64,000 nucleotides of DNA from Pavona decussata (taxonomy: Eukaryota): assembly GCA_977016875.1 (NCBI GenBank), contig CDRNST010000056.1, positions 2,418,001 to 2,482,000 of the forward strand, written 5' to 3'. The position numbers and the translations under genes are program-made. This document shows positions 34,150 to 46,428 of the stretch, one piece after another (position 1 is the first letter of the stretch; each line of letters starts with the position of its first letter). The notes under the pieces were generated by a model that was given only the letters and a program-made list of their open reading frames with translations, was not told where the DNA came from and searched no databases.

Positions 34150-34374
34150 AGGACCCTAATCAGTCTCCGCCATTTTTGATGCCATCGAAATTATTGATAT
34201 TGCATGGTGAAGTGAAATCTTATTGCTTTACTGCAAGTTGTGTTCCTGAAAGTATGTTTCATTATCTTTAGTAGTTTCACAGTGATTTCGTTCATTTCGA
34301 CATGCTCCTAATAAAATATAATAGCCAAACTCTCGCATATAAACAAAAACAAAGTTGTGACTGACTAGGGCCCT
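34150..34374. mobile_element. TTAA-target (Kolobok-type) MITE B
   Basis: TTAA|AGGACCCTAATCAGTC...GACTGACTAGGGCCCT|TTAA. Confidence 0.85.
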
Positions 34375-34378
34375 TTAA

Positions 34379-34796
34379 AGGAAACCTCCACTCTCGAAAC
34401 ATGTTAAGGTTACATTATCGAAAATACAATTTTCTTTGAAATTCCTTTGGAAATCATGGAAATAATATTTCAGTGTCGGAAAAAACATAGTTTGATTATC
34501 GGCTATTTTCGCTTTTAAATTTCCCGCGCGCCGCCATCTTGGGTTTCATGACGTAATAAGGTTGCTCAATTGTTTTACACAAAAGAACTTCTGCTGAATA
34601 ACAATAGCGGCAACCATTACACGTCATCAAATTCAAAATGGCTGCCCCCAGGAAATTTAAAAGCGAAATTTGTCAATAATCATATTTAATTTTTACAACA
34701 CTTGAATGTTATTTCTACGTTTTAGACAAATATTTAGAATTTCGCCCCTATTTTCAACGCTTACCCGTCAATTTGTTGTGAGAGTGGAGGTTCCCT
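34379..34796. mobile_element. TTAA-target (Kolobok-type) MITE C
   Basis: TTAA|AGGAAACCTCCACTCTC...GAGAGTGGAGGTTCCCT|TTAA. Internal inverted repeat with GCCGCCATCTTG and TGACGT motifs. Confidence 0.88.
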
Positions 34797-36579
34797 TTAA
34801 TATTAGCTGAGTTGAGTTGCTGAAGATGGTTTTCGAAGCTGACGGCCCGAAGTTAACGCGTCGCGCTTTTGCCCGGTTTAAATCATCTTCCACGTTCTCT
34901 TGTCGCGTGGCCTGTGCGTAAGAACTCTCATGAGTATCGATACCTTACGTCAATGACACCGAATATTAGTGTGACACATTATTTCATTTAACGATTTAAC
35001 GTCAATTTGTTTGGGGGAGTAGAGATTCCCGATCCTTTCATCACACGCTCAAACTTTCTTGGACGCGATATTGTCTGCTAATGTTACCCTCGGTCTACGC
35101 CATGAGTCTCGGCCCTAAGAAAAATGGGGAAATTTTCGAAATCTCGTTAGTATGAAGCATCATGTAATTCCTCCGAAATTATTTCGGGCATGCGGTGAAT
35201 TCAAATTTTTGCAAGAGTTCTCTGCCTACGTAGCAGTCGTTTTCTCCTTCCAAACGGGCATGAGAAGAGAAAGAAAGCTACTGGAGAGAAGTGGAGGGGA
35301 GGGGAAAGGAGGAAAGAGGAGGGGGAGGGGGAGGGGAGGTGAGGAGGAGAACAGAATTCCCAAATCACGCAAATCAGGCTTGTAAAATTTTCGCGAGTAA
35401 GATTACCATGTTATTCGCGTATAAAAAACAACTTTTTGTCGAGAAAGGTGTCCAGTGAATGACCAAAGGTATGGGATAGAGTTCATTGCCACCCTGCTTT
35501 TGTGTCTTGAACACCTCAGTGCTCAAAGCAATATGGACAACAGCTCTGATCTGGGAATGAATGGCCTTAGAAGCGTATCCTAATGCCCTGTAGATTTCAG
35601 TCAAGTAGATACACTGTACCTAAAACGACGCGTGTCTATACTCACAGTAACAAAATCACCAGCGACCAAATCTTCGTGGAGCTCTACATTTACTCATAAA
35701 ACCCTGATTTAGTCGGGGTTTGCAGATTTTAAAGTTATTCAATTTATGACGTCGTCGATTTTTATCATGTAAAATGTTTTTGACCAGTAACTGTTGCAGA
35801 AAATAAAATAAAAACTTGCATTTCCGCTTATACTAAACTAGTTTTAGCCCCTTAGTTTATTAGATTTAGCTTTGTCTGACCGAAATATTGGGCAAACGTA
35901 TTAAAATAACGGCTGCCAAACTGGCCTTGTATCTTGAAAGTTAATAAAATCAAAGACAGTTTACTAGAGTTATTTCGAAAACTAAAAGAGAGATAACCAT
36001 AAAATCTGGGTTTGTCAGAGGACATTTTGTTCAGGTTACATGTCTTCTTGTCGATAGAGACGTTTCCGTGGACTGTTCAATTCCGTTTCATGGAAGAAAA
36101 AAATGGGATATTCCTCAATTGCGTATCAAAAATTTAGTCGTTATCGCTCTGATAATTCTAGTTATTAAAAACTGGATCATTGTATAATGCAATTCCAGGA
36201 ATTTTATTGGCTTAGCGGCCATGGTATATGAGCCATTATACCCTGCCAGAGAAAAAGAGACCATTAAATTGTCTTCTAATTGTTCCTTGCGAAGCGGAAT
36301 CGGCAAAATCTAGCAATATTTCGTGATTGTTTTAATAAAACAATTATTCCACTTGCGCTTATTGGACATGAGATGATTATAGCCTTTCTTTAGGGAGAAA
36401 GAGAAATGATGCAGTTGAAAACGCTCCGACATGCCCTTCAATACCCCCTACCCACACCGGAAACCAACCCTAAACAATGACAGGTAAATGGGAGCTCTTT
36501 CATCCTTATTGGGACTCCAGTTTCTTCGTAGCTGCCCAATTCAAATGTAATCCGCCGTAGCCAAAAAGATGGCAACTGG

Positions 36580-36843
36580 TACATTTACCCATAATTCTTA
36601 GCGTGCGAAAACCCTTAAAAAGCTCATAAAAACGCACAGAAAATTGAGAAAAGTTGTAAAAACTCCAAACCTAGGATACGCATTGATGTTGGTACACAGA
36701 CGAATTTCGCCAAAAATATGGCTTTCTTTTTGCCTGTCGGATGTGTTAGGTTCGCAAGGTATTGTGGGAAAATGTACAGCCGCTATTTTTTTTTTCGTAA
36801 GGGGGATTTTGGCCGTGCACATACCAAGGGTTTGCACGTAGTT
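36580..36843. repeat. Interspersed repeat, inverted homologue of ~4400-4930
   Basis: tacatttaccca..attctta gcgt.cgaaaacc..aaacctag.atac..tgttaggttc..aaggtattgtgg.aaaatgtaca is shared between the two sites. Confidence 0.75.
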
Positions 36844-39800
36844 AAAACAAGTGCTAAATGCATTTTACTACATCCCTGTTGACTTAGAGCAAAAAGTAAA
36901 TAATATGTCCAAGAGCTAGACTAGTCGTCGCCAAAGCAAAATTAATAGATTTTGAACCTTAAATGATGAACCTTGTTGGCTGAAGCGATATAAATAAATG
37001 TGATTAAAATTTAACTTTCTAATTGCAGATTTTGCTTAATTTTCAAGACGCTTTGTTGATGACAAGCCTTGACGACACAAGCATGGGCACAAGAGCAAGT
37101 CAAGCACTTTTTTAGTCAACAAGGTAGAACACAGGTATTAATTATTTTCCAAACGCCGACTAGGATCAATTTTCTTTCCAGTGAATCGAACTTTCTGTAA
37201 ACACGAAGGCGCACTTTATCAAAAGGCCTCGATTAGCATTTTATTTTCCACGTGAATTTTCAACGCATTTTTTGTATTTTTTATCGCTTTGAAGTAATTT
37301 CACTCTTGGTAATTATAAGCCACATTGTTTAGATCTGGCGACAGAACGGAGGAAAATGTTGTTTTCTTCGTTGAAGAAACTATGAATTTTATGGCTGAAG
37401 CATGTTCGCTTTAATTTAAAATTATTGAAACTGTCTGCAGGTTTGGTCAACTGCAGAACTTTGAAATTCTCGAAATCTGCTTTGTTTGGTCGGGTTTTGA
37501 AAGCAAATATGTGTTTCAAACAATGACTTGATATATAAAAAGCAAATTCATACCGAAGCGACCGTAACTGAGCAAAATTCTTTGTGTCAATGTAAACTGG
37601 ATTCGAATGTTCTCGCAGTTGTAGGCTACTTTAAGTCTTTTTCTTGACGGTTAATTTCAAATTTTAGTGTACAGCCGGGTTTGATAGAAGAAATCGTGAA
37701 AAGTTATATTCACCGGTAATTATAGTCAGTTAAGAAACTTTTTTATATATGCATTTTGCTAATTTTTTTACGTGAGCCAAAAACATTTTTAAAAGCAATC
37801 TCGGTTAAAACCATGGATTTCAAAATTAAGATTTCGACGAAATCACATGCTAATATGTTTGATTCGCTCGATATAACATTTCATGAAAACGTTTTGTTTA
37901 AAGTGCGCCTTCGTGTTCATTTTGCGAAGTTTAGAAAACTAACAGTTTTTCTATGAATCAATTGCACGATGTTTTTGGTAAAATTAGTTTATCGAGAAAT
38001 GAAAATTTCCAGCAAAGTCTACGATATTACAATCGTCCATGCCTTTATCAAATTTGATTGACTTAACGCATGTTCAAAATTAATAAATTTTTGCGCAACT
38101 TAATATTTTTGTTGCTAACTTCTGTTCAATTTTGTGTAATTTTCCCGCCAAAAGACTTAGAAAAAATACGGGCGCCTAAAATACGCATGCGCCTTTTTTT
38201 TTTTGGTTTTTGTTTTTCATAGCCAATTTTTATATTTGCATTTAGTAAGTAAACTCAATGATAACACTATAATTAAGAACTTAAATTCAATAATAAAAGT
38301 CACAATCAAGTACACAATTGTTTCAGTTTCATTGTGTCCTTTATTTTCTGCCTTATTCCATGAATACTTTTCCTAATTAATTTAATTAAAGGGTGTGTAC
38401 AAAACATTTTTCCTATATATACTAAGTCTTTTGGCGGGAAAATTTGGAGAAATTTGCACAGCGTTTCCCTTGGCAACAAATTTGGTCAAGAAAATTAAAG
38501 GGGTACTCTTTGAACTTTTCTCGCTCACAAAAAAATTCAGAGAGTAATCCTACAAATTTTGCCCGCCAGATAAATATAAACCACGTCGGATAGAAGCTTA
38601 AGCAATTGTCAATTAATGATCAATTCCTAGGAAATTTGAAAAGCGAAAGTTTAAAATTTTCAACGAAACGTTCGTTTTAGTGAAGTTTCATTTCCCAGGT
38701 GGTTTTTGCTTTAACAGGTCTAAAGTCAACTTCACAAGGCTAAATAAAGTTTGCAAACTTGAGTTGTCAAATTCAAGTTGGCGTGAAAGAACATTGCAAA
38801 AACAGCTTCCAAACATGCTGAAAAACTGTTGTTGTTGTTTTTATTTTTGGTGTGTGTGTGTGTGCAACGTTTTAACACGCCAAATCGTATTTGACAACAC
38901 GAGATTGGAAACCTCAGTTTGCCGAGCGAAAGCGACTTTAGAAATAAAGAAGCGACATGGCAATTCAAGACAAAATTTTGCAACAGAAGAAGAAACGTTT
39001 TTGGATTGCAGCGAAATGCCAATTGTTTCAGGGACGTTTTAATTTTGAATTGATACTTCAATGTCTTTTCCTTCAAGCTGTTACAAAAATGTCTAACTTG
39101 CAATGTCGCTTTTTGTGACCTTGTTCAACCAGCAGAGTACTAAACTCCACGTCGATATACAGTGTTACACAGGACAAGACGTTTGTAGTGAAAGCATCTA
39201 GAAAATGATACATGTACAACCCTCAACCAAATTTCAAAATTATTCTGGTTTGCGAGTATCAAGACAATTCGTCCTAAGTGATGTTCGAAATATTTTTCAA
39301 GCCTCACCCAAATTTGAAAATTATTCTTGTTTTCGAGTATCAAGACAATCCTTCCTAAGTGATGTTCGAATTGTTTTTTGCTCTATTTTTCGTTTCTTTT
39401 CTCAGATTTTACTTTAGTGATCGTCAAAGACAATTTTCACGGGTAATCCCTTAATTGGCTCCTCTTGTTCTAAATCTTTCTGGTCAAAATACTAAAAAAA
39501 AGTTTCGTAGTTCCTTGGCAAACAATCTGTTGTTATTGTTATTTAATTTTCACTAATCGAGATAACCGATACCTTGCTTACAAGTTTGGTGAATCGATCT
39601 TGTTTAAGCAAATTTCCTTTCAACTATCAATTAAAAGAAGTTCTATTCATTCTTTAGTTTCACACAATTTTCACCCAGTTTCAGCACTGTCGTCCTTAGT
39701 AATTCTGTGTTTATTTGCTTTTTTTTAATTCGTCGCAATTTCTGTATGTCTTTTCCCCCTTCGTTTCTTTGCAAATTCTTATTGAAAATTTAACGTTTGA

Positions 39801-42800
39801 GCTTTCACCCATTCCTCTTGTCCAATGCAACACTAACATAGTTAAACAAAGTCTTAAATATAAAATACACTACTGAAACTAATGTCTGGTTGAGATAATG
39901 CAAACAATTCAAGCCTAAAACAACAATTAGACTGAGAGAGAGCCAAGGCCTAAACGCAAAAAACCAAATTTTTCATACATTTCTTATCTATAAGGTAGAA
40001 TGGTTGTTTGCTTTTCTGATAATTTGTCAAGTTTATTTTCTCGATTTCTGACCACAAAAACATGACTAAAATCTGGTTCTTTCCGGAACACCAAGAAGAT
40101 CCTTACATGCGACCGAAAGGTTCAATTTTGGTTTGTAAGTTTTCATTTTCATCCATATGATTTCTCATTTTGTTTCTTATTTCTGCAAATTTCTGCAAAT
40201 TTCTTATTTCTGCAAATTCCAGAACAAAAGATAACCTTTTAAATGACTTTGTAGGGATTCCTTGCCACATAAGCCTATATTCCAACGAACGACTTGTGTA
40301 GGAATTCGCAAAAAAGTCTTACTTGAAAAAACACAAATTTCACTGGGGTACCAGAAAATGTCTGGTATGAAAAACATTTCTGGAGTAGGACTCCACTTTC
40401 CTTCAAATAAAATTATAACATTTTTGATATTTGAAATTTGCACTAATAGAAGCAGTAAATAGTCAAATGAAGGAAAAGGAACCTTTACAAATTGACTTGC
40501 GGTTATTAATCAATGGAAAGTGTTGACTGCCCTTGAGGAATTTTAGTTTCTTTTTTCGAATTTTCACATATCTGGAAACTCCAAAATCCAGTTTCAAATA
40601 TTCTATTGCAATTGGGCAGCCGTAGGATGTATCTTTTCAAAACTTAAAATACATGGTTAGTAGAAATAAATACAAATGAATCCATGCATAATCTTGTATT
40701 CCACTTATGTGAAAGTCAAGTTTGATTCAAATTATTTAATTTTGTCCCTAGCCTTCCTTTCAAATCATAGTAGTTAAAAGAACAAAATGGTAAACGGCAT
40801 AAAGCCCATTTTCATGAGTTGAATGACTAAATGCTCCCTAAATGAGGTACAATTGCCTGAATATTTTTTTTCAAGGAAACATAGCACTTTTAATTCAACA
40901 GTTTTTTGCGACCCTAAACCTTTTTCCCGCCTAATTCGAATGCCGAAGACCTTTAAAGGCGTTTTCGTAAGTATTACTTCCACCAGACACTAGTTTACTA
41001 CCTGTTATAATATCTCAAGAGAACATAAGGGATTAAAGAAGCTTTTATATAAATCTATTGTCACATTTCCCCGAACGTTTTTGCTTACAATGGAAATAAA
41101 TGATTTGGTTAAGTCACTTCAATTATTTGCTCATTAGGTACGTAATTTTGTACAAGGAGAAATATAGGGAGAAATGCTTATTTGCATCAGCTTTTCCCTG
41201 CAACAATTTGGTTATACAGTTTTCCCTTATTGTTAGATAAGGATTCCCGTTGGAACCTTACGTTCCCTTGACAACTACAAAAACTTACAAGGTGCAACTG
41301 CCAGGTGCCATGTCTAATGGTCTTTTATGATTCAGAGCTAATTTTGAGAGCCATGATTAAAAAACATCCAAACAGAAGAAAATAATATTTTCAACGCTGA
41401 TGCATTCTTTGTCGTCTTCCCCTAAGGCCCCTATGAAAATCTGAAATTGAAGGTCACGCAAAATCTCCGCGTTAAAACTCACAAGGAAAGGACCTTGTAC
41501 ACGCTTGATTACTCCCAATCTAGGTAATCCTGGTTTTGAAATTACAGCGAGGCAGTACCTAATATAACTAGCCAAATTGAGAACAGGCTTGAAAACCCTA
41601 TTTAAACTGGGTATCCCAACCACACCCCCACCACACCCCTATCCAAGGTATCCTAAATTCCACAAAACGTATATGACACAAAATATTTAGTTAGCCAAGA
41701 GACGCCCGAAATCGTTTTTCACCGTAGTGGAATTTAGTAGCCAAATTTTGCAGTTGCCGTTGAATGAGCAAGACCAGAAAAATAGATGCTTGTATTTATT
41801 CAGCGTTACTTTCAAGTTTTGCCACTCCTTGTCGTTTTTTGTAATTCTCAATCCTCTTTGATGAATTTTGCGTCACATTCTTCACATGTTCAATGACTAT
41901 CCCTCATAAAACCCTCCAGATTTGGACCCCGCTGATTTAAAGGGGAGGAGTGCCGCCCACCACCCAACCCCCACCTATGATAACTCACTTTGGTCATTAA
42001 CAGTCAGCGTTTTAAACGATTTAGTATAAATGCACTTTCTTCCGGTTTTGAAACGTTTTGTCCTGTTACATTCGACATGGCAGTAATATTTTCGTTTTCG
42101 TAACCATGGTATCTGGCAGTTTAACCTTGTAGTATAACTAGCTGATAAAGAACCCAAGTTTGAGCGATCGCTGTCTTGCTTATCAGCACTTTCGTTGTCG
42201 ATTTTGAAATCGGTCAAGATGAAAAGATTCGTTGAAGTTTCAAGTTCTAACAAATGTAGAAATTTACGAAGAATTGTATATTCAACTGATCAAAGGAAAA
42301 CATTTACGTGAAAGTAGAAGATCGCTCAAACTTGACGTTAACTGTTCGCCTCAATAAAAAAAATCTCTCTTTATGGACGACTGCAGCTAGTTTATCTGCA
42401 CAAAACCAAGAAACGCAACCCCCATTTCCAATGGTTTAACAGCAACAACAAAAAATCGGTTAACTTTGCGAGCTGAAGTATTTTGGCTCAACTGTACGAG
42501 AAAATGACGTAAATTTGCTTCAGGGGCCTAATACCTCCCAATCGCCGTCAATATAAAAACGAAATTTTAAGCCTTATTTCCCAAAATTCTTCATTTAACT
42601 TTGCGTCATATGACCATCGTCCATCAGAGGTATTTTTTTAGCAAAATAACAAATCAATTTCCTTAGCTTAATTTTTATCCCGTTTCCTGCAGTCCATTCC
42701 TTGCTCCGTGATTCTTTTCGTCTTCTTGTGCAATTGTTCGATCCTCTGATGACTTCACCTTTAAGAGAGAAATAAAAACAAATGAACTATTTTTCAGAAA

Positions 42801-43904
42801 ATACTTGTTACTATCCATGCTAAGGTATAAAGGCTTTCCTTCCTAGCTGTCGAGATTACTTATAGTTTGCCTCTAGAGGTAAATTTATGAATTTGACAAC
42901 CAAATTTTCAATGACGCTTTTAAAGAAGTATTTCTAGAGTTCATTTTCAAAGCCTTCAGAATGTCAGCGAAACTAAAATACGAAATATTTTCATTGCAAA
43001 GAAGCCCGTGAAAGCCCAAGATGCCACGTCAAAGCACGTGCTCAGTATTTCGAACAAAATCGCTAGAACGTTGAACGGCGAACAAAACCAACTTCCTCGC
43101 AGCCTTTTCCATTCTTTCCTTCTCTTTCTCAGGATATAATTTTGTGTGATAGCAACTGAAATTGAGCGTTCGCGAATTCTGGTACTTCGGTCAATACGTT
43201 GAACTGAATCTGTTCAAGCTAGCGGACCAAAATTCGAGGACCTGCTCGCCTACTACGAGTTCAAAAGTTTGTGGGCTGAAGTCCTATGAAAATATACACT
43301 TACCATATGTATTTGTTTGTTTGAAGCGAAGTTGTCTTCCTTCCATTTCGGTACATTTTCAAGAGCAGAGTTCGTCCTCACACGTCTTCACTTGTCGGCA
43401 AATTCGTTACTTTGACAAGAAATGTGGAAGATGTAATGAATATGGATTACATGTTGCAACCAATCAACAACTCTGCTAACAACGTCACTAGTGCGAGTTT
43501 TGACAAGAATGAATGCCTCAATTGATATGTTTATGAATTAATATGATATCGCGCTTGGCCGTGCTAAACACCGGCCTATCCAGTGGTTCCTAAACCTTTT
43601 TCCAGTTTGTGCATAAACAACATTAATTTTGCTATAGAAACAAATATTTCTGAAATATAATATTTTCAAACAGAAAATTTCGCTTCCACCATAAAGTGTA
43701 CTGTGTGTAACGACAAGGTTTGATTAAACTGTTATTTAATCACTGAGGGGGGGGGGGGGGGGACATATTGCGATCAGTTACTGATCAAGCTTTACAAAAG
43801 AAACGAGTTGGCTGCACAACGAAACGTATATATTACTTGGATATAAATACATAGAGGAAATTATAGAGGATATTAATTTAATTTTCGAGTGGTATAAACA
43901 AGCT

Positions 43905-44450
43905 CGCATAGTTCGTCACATCTTCCCTTTCACGGGCAACCTAAAGACAAATGAATAAGACAGAAAAAATAACGACATAACGTCTTCTCTGTCTTGTGGA
44001 TCTTCTGATGACAGTTGTCGACACTTGCTCGCTCGAAACGCCTGTTTTTGGCGCCGATTCAGCAACGGGAAGGGGGGGGGGGGAGGGGGCAGCGCAGCAG
44101 ATGGAGCCTCAGGGAGGTGTCGCCATGGGTTCAGCCACAGGGCACTGCATCGCGGGTTCAGCCAAGGGGACTCCCACCGCTGACTCAGGTCGAGTGTATT
44201 GGACATGAGTGACTTCTTCCGACGACTGCGAAGAAAAAGGCTCATATCAAGTCTCGTTAGCACGCCAGATATCTCTTTGATTTCGACGGCTAACATTTCC
44301 GTCGACTTAAACATCATGAGATCAGGTTGCAACTTCTCCCAGACACACACCTCGTTTCCAGGTTCCACTCATCGACCGAACACGAACAGTCTCGCTAGGC
44401 GATTAAGGGTCTTCCAAGCAGATATCTATTTAGTCGTGATGGTCCATTGA
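43905..44450 (-). mobile_element. Decayed Gypsy-type LTR retrotransposon 3' end (integrase tail, PPT, LTR start)
   Basis: Minus-strand PSETVRVR...TWKRGV.....*SHDV*VDG..SRRNQRDI with in-frame stops, then purine tract AAAGGGAAGA abutting TGTGAC at 43920. Confidence 0.6.
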
Positions 44451-46428
44451 CTGGCCCTGACTAATACACTGGAGTTCTGGCGAAAACCAGTATACCAGGC
44501 ATTCGATACAACACATTTCATCATATCCCAGCGCTAGCTCCAAAACCAAATTACAGCCGGTGACAAGGGCAAGGTCAATTTAAAGTTAGCACATCTCAGT
44601 ACGTACAAAGTGAATGACACGATGCGCCGTAGGATTACACTGTGCGGTTAAAATGTAAATACAGCAAAAAAACAAATTAAAAACGTACTCCGAAGCATAG
44701 ATAGATGCGTTTTATTTAAATCAACCTGGAAACTCAAGCGATGAATTGCGTTGACGTTTAGAAACAAAATTGATAAAGGAAAGGTACACATAAGCTATAT
44801 AAAAATAGAAAAAGAAATTCCTAATATTAACTATATTCTATGACAAAATGAATAAAAAAGGAATTCTTGAAGCGGTCCGTTCGATATTTAGGTATAGCCC
44901 TTCGCCTTGTAGCTATTGACGCAGGTCATACTTGACTATATTTTCTGGCGGAAAAAAGCTGTTAAGTCTACTACTTGGGTTACTTAGATTGCAAAGCTAT
45001 GTACAACATACTCTTTCACTTAGCTTTGTATTGTACTCAATGAAGGCGACATTGCCTTAAAAGGTCGGAAAATTTGAATCAATTGCAAATAGCTTGGTTT
45101 TTTATGTAAAGTGTTGCATTTGAGGTCGTATTTATAGTCAAACCTCCGCTGATGCGGAGATCCGCAACAAGCGGACGCCCGTTTAAGTCGACACTCCGAG
45201 ATGTGGTCCCACGGGTCCAGTGTCATTCGAGTGCACAGCTCAACGGTATTTATCAGAAATCGAGTTTTTTTGTTGGTGAATTTTGATCCCACAGCTGCAT
45301 TCGTTAACAATTTTACCAGAGGTCTGACTGTATAAAGGAGCTTAAGACTTGTAAACGGTAGGCAGCTAAGAACACTTAACAATAAAACTTTGAAAACATA
45401 TCGGCACTGGCATTTGGCATCACTACGTCAAATGCAAGTTTGCCAACACCAGTAGAGTATGTTTTCAAAAATGGAGAATACTTCTATTTCTTGCCAACAA
45501 CTTAAATGATTTCCAACATGCTTGCTGGCTACTTGTTTTTGCAGGCTCGCACACGGCAACTTTAACCGGAGTTCCAATATCAATTTGCCAAACTTTGCAA
45601 AATCTTGGTTCAACGTATAGCGATTTCTAAAAATGTACCCTCTCATGAAAAATTGTAAAAAAACGCACAAGACAAGTTTAGCAAGTAAAACAAACGATAA
45701 GCAAATATGAATGACGACTGAAAAAACGTCGCTCAATCGATTAGAGGAATAAACTAGGACTACAACTGCTCAAACCTACGCTGTTTTTATTCCCTCTTAG
45801 TCTAAACGAAAATCAAAGAATTGCCTAACGACAAGATAAGTTAATGCAGTAAGATCCAATCGTACATATATGTTCGATTTGGGATGTGTTTAAGGAACAA
45901 TAGCTGCTAAAATCTGCTAAAAGCTGTTTGGAGGACAGTAGCCGCTAAAATGTAGGAAGTTGAACAGCTCAAACCCAACCACGCTTTACAGACACCTCGT
46001 TATTACAAACAGTTTTTGTGGTCTCCACCCACACGTAGCTACACGTATTATTAAAACTAACACTCTCAACAAGAAAATTCCTTTTAAAACAGACATTTTG
46101 GCTTGTCCCAAAGATATCCGCAAATAGCGGGATTCGACTGTATTTACGTTTGGTGGAAACATGTTTGCATTAACTGAACTTGCACATGATTTTAATTATG
46201 GCTGCATTACAATCAAACCACAATAAACTTCTACATAAAATATAAACGCTCGTTTCATGATAGTATCATGGCTAAGTCTCTAAAGTTAGAAGTTTCCTAA
46301 AATATCCTAAAGGCTATAGCTGGTCGGGTACTTGGGTACCTGGCATATTTTTTAGAAGACATTCTGTTCTAGGAAAACTTACACGTCCTCGCTTACTAAG
46401 GGTAACATATTTGTTATTATTTCTTCTT

